Shown piece by piece: positions 21,921-31,516 of a stretch of DNA of 64,000 nt. The position numbers and the translations under genes were made by a program. The notes under the pieces were generated by a model. The model made no database searches and was not told where the DNA came from. It worked only from the letters and a program-made list of their open reading frames with translations. Within the stretch, counting starts at the first letter, position 1, and each line of letters starts with the position of its first letter. This DNA is from Negativicutes bacterium (GTDB taxonomy: Bacteria > Bacillota > Negativicutes > UBA1444), in the NCBI GenBank assembly GCA_963665275.2, contig CAXXIN010000018.1:128001-192000 (forward strand), in the 5' to 3' direction.

Positions 21921-23072
21921 ATGAATGCAACACAATGGCTATTTTGCGTCACAATTACACTATATTGGTTTTCCTTGTATACTTATGTTCCCATACTGCC
22001 TGTATACGCCTCAGCCATCGGGGCCTCATACAAGATGGTGGGTTTGGTAGTCGGAGCATATGGCGTTACCCAACTGCTATTGCGCATTCCTCAGGGAGTG
22101 CTTTCCGATCGCTGGCAGAAGCGCAAAGTTTTTGTGGTATTAGCGATGTTGATTTCAGCGGTCAGCGCATTGGGAATGTTCTTATTTCCAAATGTGACGG
22201 CTCTGCTGTTTTTTCGAGGATTGTCAGGGCTGGCGGCTACGGCCTGGGTAATTATTGTGGTGCTGTTTGCCAGTTATTTCAGCCCGACGGAAGCGCCCAA
22301 AGCCTATGGAATAATGAATTCGATCGGTTTCGCCGGACAGATGGCCGGAATGTTCGCCGGGGGGGTCATCGCAGAAGTTTGGGGATGGTCATCCACATTT
22401 CTGTTGGCTGTTGCAGCTGCGGCACTGGGCTTGTTGTTGTCCCTGTTCGTGAAAGAGAATGTTCCGCAGGTCGCGGCTCCCATGCGGTTGGCCCAGGTTC
22501 CCGAAATTGTCCGTAACTTTCATGTGCTTATGGCGGCGACGATGGCCATACTGGTCCAGTTGGTGGTATATGGCACTGTTTTTGGGTTTGTGCCGGTCGC
22601 AGCCCGTAGCCTGGGCGCCACCAACTTTGAACTGGGCCTGTTAACGACGCTTTCTACACTGCCGAGCATCATTGCTTCCATGATGGCCGGGACCTTGTTC
22701 GTCCGGAAGCTGGGGCTTCAGAAGACTCTTTACGCTGGCTTTTTGATGTTGGCGGTATCAGCGGCAGCTGTTCCTTTTTTGGACAATATGACTCAATTGT
22801 ACGGATTTCAATTTCTGGGAGGGTTCGGACGCGGACTGGTTTTCCCGTTGCTGATGACTCTTAGCGTGAAAAGCATGCAGGAGGAGACCAAGGCGACTGC
22901 GATGGGTGTTTTTCAATCGCTGTATGCGCTGGGCATGTTTGTCGGTCCGGTCATGGTGGGCTTGGTTGCTGATATGGCAGGACTAAATGTGGGCTTCTGG
23001 TTGTGCGGACTCGGTGGTCTCGCAGGAATCGGAATTGCCTTTTTATATGCAGGGGATCAGCCTTGCAGCTGA
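21921..23072 (+). CDS. MFS transporter
   Basis: 12 TM pattern, GVLSDRWQKRK motif A, KATAMGVFQSLYALGMFVGP. Confidence 0.9.
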   Translation: MNATQWLFCVTITLYWFSLYTYVPILPVYASAIGASYKMVGLVVGAYGVTQLLLRIPQGVLSDRWQKRKVFVVLAMLISAVSALGMFLFPNVTALLFFRGLSGLAATAWVIIVVLFASYFSPTEAPKAYGIMNSIGFAGQMAGMFAGGVIAEVWGWSSTFLLAVAAAALGLLLSLFVKENVPQVAAPMRLAQVPEIVRNFHVLMAATMAILVQLVVYGTVFGFVPVAARSLGATNFELGLLTTLSTLPSIIASMMAGTLFVRKLGLQKTLYAGFLMLAVSAAAVPFLDNMTQLYGFQFLGGFGRGLVFPLLMTLSVKSMQEETKATAMGVFQSLYALGMFVGPVMVGLVADMAGLNVGFWLCGLGGLAGIGIAFLYAGDQPCS

Positions 23073-23158
23073 TAGGTTTTAATAAACCTCCTTCCTACTT
23101 TGCGAATCTGCAAATTCAGAGTATACTATAGGATATGTTCTAAACGTGGAGGATATGC

Positions 23159-24757
23159 ATGCAAGATTCAGAGTTTGAGGCGCAAATTAAAAAAAGACGG
23201 ACGTTTGCCATTATTTCGCATCCGGACGCCGGTAAAACAACATTAACGGAAAAACTGTTGCTATATGGAGGCGCGATTCGCCTGGCCGGCACTGTCAAAG
23301 GGCGCAAGGCCCAAAAATTCGCCGTGTCGGACTGGATGGAAATCGAGAAGCAACGTGGGATTTCGGTGACCTCCAGTGTCATGCAGTTTGAATATGACGG
23401 TTGCTGTATCAATATCCTCGATACTCCCGGTCACCAAGACTTCAGTGAGGATACTTACCGAACCTTGATGGCGGCGGACAGCGCAGTGATGCTGATTGAC
23501 GCGGCCAAAGGTGTCGAGGAACAGACCCGGAAATTGTTCCAGGTTTGCAGGCAGCGGCATATTCCTGTCTTTACCTTTATTAATAAAATCGATCGTTACG
23601 GCAAGGATCCGTTCGAACTGATGGACGAATTGGAAAAAGTCCTCGGTATCCGGTCCTACCCCATGAACTGGCCAGTCGGACTCAATGGCAGCTACCAGGG
23701 CGTTTACAACCGGCAGAAACAACAAATTGAACTTTTCGAAGCCGATGGCTCTCATGGCAGCGACATCATCAAGTCGAAAGTCGGCGACCTTAAAGACGAA
23801 GTGTTCGCGCAGCTATTGCCGCCGGACGTTCACACGCAGCTTTGTCACGATATTGAATTGTTGGATATGGCGGGCGATCCTTTTAGCATTCAAACCGTTT
23901 TGCAGGGAGAACTCAGCCCTGTATACTTCGGCAGCGCGCTCACCAATTTCGGTGTGCGGGCATTTTTGGAGGACTTCTTGACGTTGGCGCCGTCCCCGGC
24001 GCCGCGCATGGCGAAAGAGGGCGTTATTATGCCCGAATCCGAAGGCTTCAGCGCGTTCGTCTTTAAGATTCAGGCCAATATGAACCCCGCTCATCGCGAC
24101 CGACTCGCATTCGTGCGCATCTGTTCCGGCAAATTTACACGGGGAATGACGGTGCGGCACAAGCAATCCGGTAAAACGCTCGCGTTGACGCAGCCGCAGC
24201 AGTTCGTCGCACAGGAACGGACGATTGTGGAAGAAGCTTATCCGGGGGATGTCATCGGATTGTTCGATCCCGGTATTTTTGCCATCGGTGACTCCATTTG
24301 CGAACCAGGGATCGATGTTACCTTCGAGGATTTTCCCGTTTTCCCGCCGGAACGATTCGCGAAGGTTCAGGCGAAGGCAACGTTGAAGCGCAAGCATTTT
24401 ATCAAGGGAATTACTCAACTGGGACAAGAAGGGGCCATCCAGATTTTCCAGATGCCTTATGCTGCTGATCAGGGGTATGTCATCGGTGTGGTGGGGCAAC
24501 TTCAGTTCGAAATTCTTGCATATCGACTGCAATATGAATATGGCGTCGAAATTGATGTTCAATATTTGCCTCACACGGCCTGCCGCTGGCTCATCACGGA
24601 TCCATCCAACAATCAGCCGCTAAAGTATATGGATGAAAATCTGGTGATCAAAGACCGATTCGACCGGACCGTAGTGCTGTTTCTGGGCAACTGGCAGATG
24701 AACTGGACCATCGAACAAAATCCTCATGTTCAATTTCTGGTGGCGCCGCCGCGGTGA
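23159..24757 (+). CDS. prfC: Peptide chain release factor 3
   Basis: RRTFAIISHPDAGKTTLTEKLLL, SDWMEIEKQRGISVT, DTPGHQDFSEDTYR, FKIQANMNPAHRDR. Confidence 0.98.
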   Translation: MQDSEFEAQIKKRRTFAIISHPDAGKTTLTEKLLLYGGAIRLAGTVKGRKAQKFAVSDWMEIEKQRGISVTSSVMQFEYDGCCINILDTPGHQDFSEDTYRTLMAADSAVMLIDAAKGVEEQTRKLFQVCRQRHIPVFTFINKIDRYGKDPFELMDELEKVLGIRSYPMNWPVGLNGSYQGVYNRQKQQIELFEADGSHGSDIIKSKVGDLKDEVFAQLLPPDVHTQLCHDIELLDMAGDPFSIQTVLQGELSPVYFGSALTNFGVRAFLEDFLTLAPSPAPRMAKEGVIMPESEGFSAFVFKIQANMNPAHRDRLAFVRICSGKFTRGMTVRHKQSGKTLALTQPQQFVAQERTIVEEAYPGDVIGLFDPGIFAIGDSICEPGIDVTFEDFPVFPPERFAKVQAKATLKRKHFIKGITQLGQEGAIQIFQMPYAADQGYVIGVVGQLQFEILAYRLQYEYGVEIDVQYLPHTACRWLITDPSNNQPLKYMDENLVIKDRFDRTVVLFLGNWQMNWTIEQNPHVQFLVAPPR

Positions 24758-24790
24758 TAGGTCCGTATGCCGTAAAGGTTGGCATTGCAC

Positions 24791-24849
24791 TTGACAAACA
24801 CTTTGTTTTTTCACTATAATTTTAAAGGCGGATAACAGCGGTCTATAAT
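24791..24849 (+). promoter_or_regulatory. Tandem SigA-type promoters upstream of the glycine riboswitch
   Basis: TTGACA-18-TATAAT (24791-24820) and TTTAAA-17-TATAAT (24821-24849). Confidence 0.65.
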
Positions 24850-24862
24850 TGAATAAGATTAG

Positions 24863-25008
24863 TCCAAACGAAGTTTGCGGAACACTTGCCGGTCATTCCG
24901 GCTGCGAACCGTAAATGAATGGAACTCTGGAGAGCCCCTGTCAGCAGGGCGCCGAAGGTGCAAATCGGTCATATATGACCGGTGAAACTCTCAGGCAAAA
25001 GGACAGAG
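24863..25008 (+). ncRNA. Glycine riboswitch, single aptamer with upstream ghost aptamer (type-2 singlet-like)
   Basis: Aptamer CTCTGGAGAG...GCCGAAGGTGCAA...AACTCTCAGGCAAAAGGACAGAG (24925-25008). Upstream TCCA-AAC-GAA...TGA-A-TGGA kink-turn-like leader encloses a TTTGCGG/CCGTAAA stem. Confidence 0.9.
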
Positions 25009-25093
25009 CAGATGGTACAACTTTTTTGGTTGTGCTGTTGCTTTTTTTGTGCATGTCCAGAGTCAAATCATCGTGATTTGACTCTGTTTTTTT
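25006..25093 (+). terminator. Two tandem intrinsic terminators in the riboswitch expression platform
   Basis: Imperfect hairpin AGCAGATGGTACAAC/GTTGTGCTGTTGCT plus T-run, then perfect CAGAGTCAAATCA-tcg-TGATTTGACTCTG plus T7. Confidence 0.8.
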
Positions 25094-25186
25094 GAGAGCC
25101 TTCTGCGGTTGATGGGGCGGGTCCGTTTTTAAAGAATCGTAAATTACCGTCTGGTCCAGCCAATTAGGGGAGAGAGGGGATTTCAA

Positions 25187-26356
25187 ATGAACAGCAAAAA
25201 TCATGTCCTATTCGTGTTGCTTATCGTAGCTTTAATGGTGGGAAGCCTGGTGGCCGGTTGCGGTAAAAGTACCGATGCCAACAAGATTAAAATCGGACTG
25301 CTCAACGAAATGACCGGCGGTAATGCGACTTTCGGGACTTCTTCAGCTAACGGCGCGAAAATGGCGTTCAAGGAAATCAATGCCAAGGGCGGCGTACTGG
25401 GGAAACAAATCGAAGCCGTGATTGCGGACAACAAGAGCGAACCCTCCGAGTCGGCCAATGCGATGACCAAACTGGCGACACAGGATGGAGTCGTGGCTGT
25501 TACTGGTGTTTTTGCCAGTTCGAATGCGATTGCAGCCTCTAGCGTTGCAGAGGCTACCAAGACACCGTTTTTGGCAGTCGGTGCCACCAATCCCAAAGTA
25601 ACGGTGGATGAAAAATCCCAAAAAGTAAAAGAGTACACCTTCCGCGTCTGCTTCATCGATCCTTTTCAAGGGACTGTGGGCGCTAATTTCGTATTCAACA
25701 CCCTGAAACTCAAAAAAGCTGCAATCATGGTCGACAACAGCAGCGATTACAGCAAGGGACTGGCCGCATTCTTCAAAGAAGCCTTTGTCAAGGGCGGGGG
25801 CAGTATTCTGCTTGAAGAGGCGTATCTGCAAAAAGATCAGGACTTCAAAGCGGTGCTCACAAAATTGAAGGCATTGAACGCAGAAGTTATCTATGTGCCT
25901 GGGTACTATGAAGAAGTAGGCAAGATTGTCAAGCAGGCTCGTGAGCTCGGCATCACTGCTCCCATTATCGGCGGAGATGGTTGGGATTCACCCAAATTAG
26001 TCGAAATTGGCACTGCGGCAGCTCTCAATAACACGTACTTCACCAACCACTATTCGGTGGATGATAATAGTCCAGCTTCAAAGGCTTTTGTGGATGCGTA
26101 TAAGAAAGAATACGGACAAAACCCGGATGCGTTGGCCGTTCTTGGGTACGATGCTGCAAAACTGCTTATCGATGCCATTGGGCGCGCGAATAGCACGGAT
26201 AAGACAAAAATACTGGCAGCCATTGCTGCCACCAAAGACTATCCGGCAATCACTGGCGCAACTACTTTGAATGCAACGCATGATGCCGTCAAGAGCGCGG
26301 TTATAATCGAAATGAAAGATGGAAAACAAGTTTTCAAGGCAACAGTCAAACCATAA
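25187..26356 (+). CDS. LivJ/K-family amino-acid ABC substrate-binding lipoprotein (no permease genes adjacent)
   Basis: Lipobox VAGC, IKIG...MTGGNATFG, INAKGGVLGKQIE, FRVCFIDPFQG, GGDGWDS. Confidence 0.92.
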   Translation: MNSKNHVLFVLLIVALMVGSLVAGCGKSTDANKIKIGLLNEMTGGNATFGTSSANGAKMAFKEINAKGGVLGKQIEAVIADNKSEPSESANAMTKLATQDGVVAVTGVFASSNAIAASSVAEATKTPFLAVGATNPKVTVDEKSQKVKEYTFRVCFIDPFQGTVGANFVFNTLKLKKAAIMVDNSSDYSKGLAAFFKEAFVKGGGSILLEEAYLQKDQDFKAVLTKLKALNAEVIYVPGYYEEVGKIVKQARELGITAPIIGGDGWDSPKLVEIGTAAALNNTYFTNHYSVDDNSPASKAFVDAYKKEYGQNPDALAVLGYDAAKLLIDAIGRANSTDKTKILAAIAATKDYPAITGATTLNATHDAVKSAVIIEMKDGKQVFKATVKP

Positions 26357-26399
26357 GCGACAGTTATTGGACAGACAGGAATTTTCTCTGGGAATGGCG

Positions 26400-26437
26400 A
26401 AAAAAGAGATGTAGAAAATAGCTACATCTCTTTTTTT
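26400..26437 (+). terminator. Intrinsic terminator
   Basis: AAAAAAGAGATGTAG-aaaatag-CTACATCTCTTTTTTT after the LivJ-like gene. Confidence 0.8.
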
Positions 26438-26554
26438 AGGCCACAATAAAAATTCGTACAGAAGGCGAAGCATTATCAATTTTGCAAGTAACCTTCAATG
26501 CTAAATCCTGGATTAATAACACTGATCAATGCGGCAGAGAATGGGAGGATATTA

Positions 26555-27022
26555 ATGAATCAATTTATGAAAATCGCCACCGACGAGGCCGCGATAGGAT
26601 CCCAAAATAATGAAGGGGGGCCTTTCGGTGCAGTGATCAGCAAGAATGGCGTAATCATAGCCCAAGGCCACAATGAAGTTCTGAAAACCAATGATCCGAC
26701 TGCGCATGCTGAGATCGTTGTGATCCGCAGGGCGGCAGCGGCGTTGGGGCAATTTAATCTTTCCGGCTGCGAAATCCACACTTCCTGTGAACCCTGTCCG
26801 ATGTGCTTATCGGCCATTTACTGGTCGCGAATTTCCAAAGTGTATTATGGTTGCACGAAGGAGGACGCGGCAGATATCGGATTCGACGATAACGCGATCT
26901 ATGAATACATCAGACATCCAAAGCAGCATCAGGAGGAACTTCGGTTGATTCCACTCGACCGTGAGGAATGTCTGCAACGGTTCAAGGCTTGGCAGGACAA
27001 ACAGGATAAAACGATGTATTGA
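26555..27022 (+). CDS. Nucleoside deaminase, guanine deaminase (GuaD, CDA superfamily)-like
   Basis: GGPFGAVI, DPTAHAE, SCEPCPMCLSAIYW, DAADIGFDD. Confidence 0.88.
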   Translation: MNQFMKIATDEAAIGSQNNEGGPFGAVISKNGVIIAQGHNEVLKTNDPTAHAEIVVIRRAAAALGQFNLSGCEIHTSCEPCPMCLSAIYWSRISKVYYGCTKEDAADIGFDDNAIYEYIRHPKQHQEELRLIPLDREECLQRFKAWQDKQDKTMY

Positions 27023-27048
27023 TCTAGTAAAGCAAAGAGGGTGTTCCT

Positions 27049-28026
27049 ATGAACGTTCGAGTCAAGTTTTCGCTGCGGGTATGGGGAATTGCACTGATAG
27101 TGAGCAGCTTTTTGGGGATGGGTATACAATTGGCTTCCGCGGCAACTCCGACCGCGGAAGTGGCCCCAACAACTCAAATATTGGAATATCTGCTAGCTGA
27201 GGCGCCGGAAATTCAGGCAATAGCTCGCAAAAATCCTGCCAATCGTCTGGTGCTGTCTGTCGAGTCGGCGCCCAATACGCAAGCGGCGGAAAGAGTTGAT
27301 CGTGAATTTTATCGGGTATATGTGGGCTTCAATATTCAGGATGGGGGTCCCGGGCATCAGTCTCGCTGGGCGACGTTTCTGGTGCATCAGGAGCGAACGG
27401 AAATCTTATGGGCAAACTATCTCAATCCTAATTCCTATGTACCCCTGTCGGATTGGCGAAAATATATCAATGAGTCTCCTGTGGCTGGGGTTAACGATTG
27501 GATGTGTATCCCATTCCTGAGAGTAGGGCCGATTGAGCCACACAGTTCGATCGATGATTTGATTCGGATATTCGGCAGTGATAATGTGCTGAAAAAGACA
27601 GTATATGGCGCAGAGGGAACGGAAAAATTCGAGGCTAGTTTGATTTTTCCGGGAACTCCCAATGAGTTGATCGTTTTCTGGCAGGACAACAAATATGGTA
27701 CCGTGCCATCAGCGGTTTCAATCAGGCGGCAGGGCTCAGAGTGGAAAACCGTTCAGGGCATTCAAATTGGAACATCGCTAGCCGAATTGAATACGATCAA
27801 TGGACGTCCGTTTTCATTTTACGGCTTTGGCTGGGATTATGGTGGCAGCATTCCGATGCAGTGGAACGGTGGAAGGATGGCGGCTGTTAAAGGATTGTTT
27901 CTTGTTTTGCGGGAAATCCGTGATTTGCCGCGGCAATATTATGGTGACAAAATATTGAATTCGGATATGGAGGAGCTACTGCCGGATGCGGCGCGGGTGA
28001 GACGGATCGATATACAACTGAGGTAG
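27049..28026 (+). CDS. Secreted hypothetical protein (two-domain)
   Basis: Signal peptide ending LASA; 325-aa ORF with SD; NGRPFSFYGFGWDYGG segment; no function recognised. Confidence 0.7.
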   Translation: MNVRVKFSLRVWGIALIVSSFLGMGIQLASAATPTAEVAPTTQILEYLLAEAPEIQAIARKNPANRLVLSVESAPNTQAAERVDREFYRVYVGFNIQDGGPGHQSRWATFLVHQERTEILWANYLNPNSYVPLSDWRKYINESPVAGVNDWMCIPFLRVGPIEPHSSIDDLIRIFGSDNVLKKTVYGAEGTEKFEASLIFPGTPNELIVFWQDNKYGTVPSAVSIRRQGSEWKTVQGIQIGTSLAELNTINGRPFSFYGFGWDYGGSIPMQWNGGRMAAVKGLFLVLREIRDLPRQYYGDKILNSDMEELLPDAARVRRIDIQLR

Positions 28027-28107
28027 CGGAAGAAGGGCTAGGGGCGACCAATGGTCGTTCTGATGCGCTTCGAGTCGAAGGTGTATACGTTTTAGTTCCG
28101 ATCATTC

Positions 28108-28152
28108 AGATAAGAACCATGCGTTGGGGAGACGTGTTTCTTATCTTTTTTT
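28108..28152 (+). terminator. Intrinsic terminator
   Basis: AGATAAGAA...TTCTTATCT followed by T-run. Confidence 0.65.
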
Positions 28153-28380
28153 GTAGTGTATGAAAAGCGACTTTGGAATTATGTAATGCTTTGATTAAAA
28201 AATGCCTTCGACGCAAACTTAGTGCTCATATTTCGAAAAAATTGCGAAATCTTACTAATGGGTATAAGATTAATTGATCAGTAGCATCAAATAGTATTAA
28301 AAATCGAATAGAGGGTTGGGTTTTTCGAGAAAATACTGATAGGCAGTTGGCCTATCAAGTTAAACGTGTGGAGGCATTTT

Positions 28381-29388
28381 GTGACTACAAGTAAATTTGA
28401 GACTCGACTTAAAACGAATGACAATACCTTTAAAGAATTGTTTCAAAGGCAGCCTGGAAATCCGATTCTGACTGCTGCAAATTGGCCCTACCCTGTGAAT
28501 ACGGTGTTCAATCCAGGAGTGACCTCCTTTCATGACAAAGTCCTATTGCTTGTCAGGGTCGAAGATCGGCGAGGCCTCTCTCACCTTACAAAGGCGGTCA
28601 GTGATGATGGGGTGGCAAACTGGTGTATTGATGGATGTCCTACTATGGAGGCGGACCCAGTCAATCATCCAGAAGAACTTTGGGGAATTGAGGATCCGAG
28701 AATTGTCTGGCTTGCAGAATTAGGCAAGTGGGCAATTACGTATACCGCATATTCACGTGGCGGGCCGCTGGTGGCGCTGGCACTGACGGATGATTTTGTA
28801 AACTTTGACCGCCAGGGGCCTATTATGCCGCCGGAAGATAAAGATGCTGCGCTGTTTCCGCGCCGAATCAACGGGAAGTGGATGCTGATTCATCGACCGA
28901 TTGCTGCAAACTATGTACCGGGGGCTCACATCTGGGTGTCCTATTCCGATGATCTTTCACATTGGGGTGACCGTCAGGTATTAATGCACGCCCGACGCGG
29001 CGGGTGGTGGGACAGTGGTAAGATTGGCCTAGCAGCTCCGCCACTGGAAACCGCTGAAGGGTGGTTGCTTTTTTATCATGGTGTCCGTCAAACTGCATCA
29101 GGCTCTATTTACCGGATGGGGTTGGCGCTACTTGATCTTGATGACCCTCTGAAAGTCAGACGTCGAAGCGACGAATGGGTCTTTGGCCCGACTGCACGGT
29201 ACGAGAGGGAAGGAGACGTTGATGATGTCGTATTCCCCAGTGGGTGGGTACTGGACGAAAAAGCCAACGCTCTGAAATTGTACTATGGGGCAGCGGACTC
29301 AAGCGTGGCGATGGCCACGGCCTCGGTCAGCGATTTACTGGACTATATACGGCAATGCCCGGAGCCACGTGATGAGGCGCTTTATTAA
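28381..29388 (+). CDS. GH130-family glycosidase/mannoside phosphorylase
   Basis: NPIL, VFNPG, GIEDPRI, YTAYS, EDKDAALFP, HRP, YHGV, GDVDDVVFPSG, YYGAADS. GGAGG SD before GTG 28381. Confidence 0.92.
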   Translation: MTTSKFETRLKTNDNTFKELFQRQPGNPILTAANWPYPVNTVFNPGVTSFHDKVLLLVRVEDRRGLSHLTKAVSDDGVANWCIDGCPTMEADPVNHPEELWGIEDPRIVWLAELGKWAITYTAYSRGGPLVALALTDDFVNFDRQGPIMPPEDKDAALFPRRINGKWMLIHRPIAANYVPGAHIWVSYSDDLSHWGDRQVLMHARRGGWWDSGKIGLAAPPLETAEGWLLFYHGVRQTASGSIYRMGLALLDLDDPLKVRRRSDEWVFGPTARYEREGDVDDVVFPSGWVLDEKANALKLYYGAADSSVAMATASVSDLLDYIRQCPEPRDEALY

Positions 29389-29501
29389 TACTGATGAAGT
29401 TTGAAGCTGCTTCTAGGGCGCACCGTCAGAGTTTGCCGAAATGTATGAAAAATCGATCCGCCAGGTTCGGCGCTATTCTGAAATCGGTCTAATTATATCG
29501 A

Positions 29502-29562
29502 TCAACAAGCAACCAGGGTAGTTTTATAACATTGTTATAAAACTACCCTGGTTGCTTGTTGA
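29502..29562. repeat. Perfect 61-bp palindrome (30-bp arms, 1-nt centre)
   Basis: TCAACAAGCAACCAGGGTAGTTTTATAACA-t-TGTTATAAAACTACCCTGGTTGCTTGTTGA. Confidence 0.95.
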
Positions 29563-29787
29563 AACTTCGTTCTGTCGTTCTAATGTACTCGGCGTGAAAT
29601 TAACATAAGCTATAGAGAGACAGGTTCAGGTGAACTTGTGCGGCTGTATGCATAATGAGGATGCCCACCCAGTTTCGTGAGGGGCTGGTTGATCGCATCG
29701 CTTAGGAACACAAAATGGATAGGGGCAGGGATTATCATGCAGTGATTCCCCTTCGAAGTTGTAAGTGGAAAAATAGGAGCGTGTAAA

Positions 29788-30075
29788 ATGAACAAAAACA
29801 AAGTGTATTTGGAAAAAATTGAAGCCAATCTCGCCCAGTATGATGCCAAATTGGCAGGGTTGAAGGCGAAAGCCGCCGAGGTGCGCGCCGATATGAAATT
29901 GGAGTACATTTCTCAAACGGAGAGCCTTGAGAAATCTAGAGCGGGTTTCATGGTGAAATACAGCGAGCTTAAAAAAACAAATGGTCAGGCATGGGATGAT
30001 GTAAAAACTGGAACTGAAAAAGCATGGAACGATATGGAATCTTCCATTGAGAGGGCGATCTCCCGATTTAAATAA
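29788..30075 (+). CDS. Small coiled-coil protein (sll1863-like stress-associated family)
   Basis: YLEKIEANLAQYDAKLAGLKAKA...AWDDVKTGTEKAWNDM; AGGAG SD. Confidence 0.75.
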   Translation: MNKNKVYLEKIEANLAQYDAKLAGLKAKAAEVRADMKLEYISQTESLEKSRAGFMVKYSELKKTNGQAWDDVKTGTEKAWNDMESSIERAISRFK

Positions 30076-30110
30076 TCAGGAAATTTCAGCGATGGGGGGA
30101 GGAAGAAAAT

Positions 30111-30344
30111 ATGCTTTGGTTTTTACTCATTGGTATTATTGCCGGCTGGTTGGCCGGCAATATTGTGAAAGGCGGCGGGTTCGGCCTTATCGGGGATTTG
30201 GTCGTGGGTGTAGTAGGCTCTTTCATCGGCGGCTATTTGTTCGGATACCTGGGTTTGGGTAATGCGTATGGAACCCTCGGTGAAATCGGTATGGCTACGG
30301 TAGGCGCCATCGTATTACTGGGAATTTTGCGGCTTATCAGATAA
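30111..30344 (+). CDS. GlsB/YeaQ/YmgE-family stress response membrane protein
   Basis: LIGIIAGWLAG...GGGFGLIGDLVVGVVGSFIGG...ATVGAIVLL. Confidence 0.92.
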   Translation: MLWFLLIGIIAGWLAGNIVKGGGFGLIGDLVVGVVGSFIGGYLFGYLGLGNAYGTLGEIGMATVGAIVLLGILRLIR

Positions 30345-30414
30345 CCGGCAACTGTGAGTCACTAAAAATAATTTGAAATGAACTACCTATAGAAAAATGA
30401 AGGAGTGAAACAAC

Positions 30415-30849
30415 ATGTCTAAACAGAAATTAGTCGTATTATCACTGGTGGCTCTAATGCTCGCGCTGTCAGCTACCGCCTTTGCAGCAAGCCCCTGGAT
30501 TTCGGTGATCGATCCGAATCCACAGACGATTTGGCAAAAAAGTACTGAATCCATGGTGAATAATACCGAGCCACTGACGATTTGGCAAAGTGGCCAGGAG
30601 TATATGATCGTATGGGACTCTGCTGGACTTGCGGGGAATGTTAAAGTCGATCTGATGAAAAACGGCGAAGTTGCGACAACTCTTTCACCAACAGGCGGAA
30701 CAGCGATTGGCGAGAATGGAAAAGGATTCCTGAAAACTATAATCATCGCTCCGGTTGGCGCAGCTGATTATCAGATCCGAGTTTCGAGTCTGGCAATGCC
30801 CGGGATTTCAAGTATTAGCGAACCCGTTTCAATCATTGTTAAACAATAA
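30415..30849 (+). CDS. Secreted beta-sandwich protein (Ser/Thr-rich GPI-anchored/Kre9-like domain)
   Basis: Signal peptide (ATAFA); W..GQEYMIVWDS.G...VKVDLMKNG...DYQIRVSS....S.S.P pattern. Confidence 0.6.
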   Translation: MSKQKLVVLSLVALMLALSATAFAASPWISVIDPNPQTIWQKSTESMVNNTEPLTIWQSGQEYMIVWDSAGLAGNVKVDLMKNGEVATTLSPTGGTAIGENGKGFLKTIIIAPVGAADYQIRVSSLAMPGISSISEPVSIIVKQ

Positions 30850-30963
30850 TAGGCGGAATGCGTTGCTAGGCGGACACAAATCGGCTCTTCACGGTATGCG
30901 TATAAGACGGCTTCTATTAGCACTATCCCAAAAATGAATTCGAAGAAAGAGAGCTGATTTATT

Positions 30964-31461
30964 ATGATGAATTTTGGCAAAAAGACCGCGTCGTACTTAT
31001 TGATTGGAGTCTTGCAATGCGGTATGAGCATATCGACGATAGAAGCTGCACCAAAAAAAGATGATCGGCAACAAAATCAACAACAGCAACGACAAGACCA
31101 GCAACGTCAGGAATCACAACGCGAAGAACAACAGCGCCGGGATCAACAGGAGGCTCAACGTCAGGAACGGGAACATGGGGACAATCGGGACTGGAATCAA
31201 CAACCTGGAAATTCGGAATGGGGACATCAACAGGGAAGCGCAGCCTGGAAGCAACAACGAAATGATCGGGAGTGGCAGGAACGTTATGATCGCCAACGTT
31301 TTGAAAATGATCGCCATGAACGCGAAATGGTTCGCCTCTATTGGGAAAATGACCAGCAGTGGAATGACCGGCAATGGCTGGAAAATGAACGCCACAGCCG
31401 GGAACTGAGCGGTATTGATGCTGCGATCCTCATCGTTTTGATATCCGTGTTTGGAAGTTGA
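30964..31461 (+). CDS. Secreted Q/R/E/D/W-rich low-complexity protein
   Basis: Signal peptide, poly-Q-rich charged region, repeated ENDRHERE/ENERHSRE, hydrophobic C-terminus. Confidence 0.7.
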   Translation: MMNFGKKTASYLLIGVLQCGMSISTIEAAPKKDDRQQNQQQQRQDQQRQESQREEQQRRDQQEAQRQEREHGDNRDWNQQPGNSEWGHQQGSAAWKQQRNDREWQERYDRQRFENDRHEREMVRLYWENDQQWNDRQWLENERHSRELSGIDAAILIVLISVFGS

Positions 31462-31516
31462 TGCGAATCGATAGACAGGCTAAACCAAGAGGAAAAAAGG
31501 ATAAGGGTGAAGGACA

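Noticed and set aside
30520-30590. Short internal duplication CCAC(A/T)GACGATTTGGCAAA in the secreted 144-aa gene
   Set aside because: A single in-frame 51-bp-spaced duplication; real, but with no evident functional implication.
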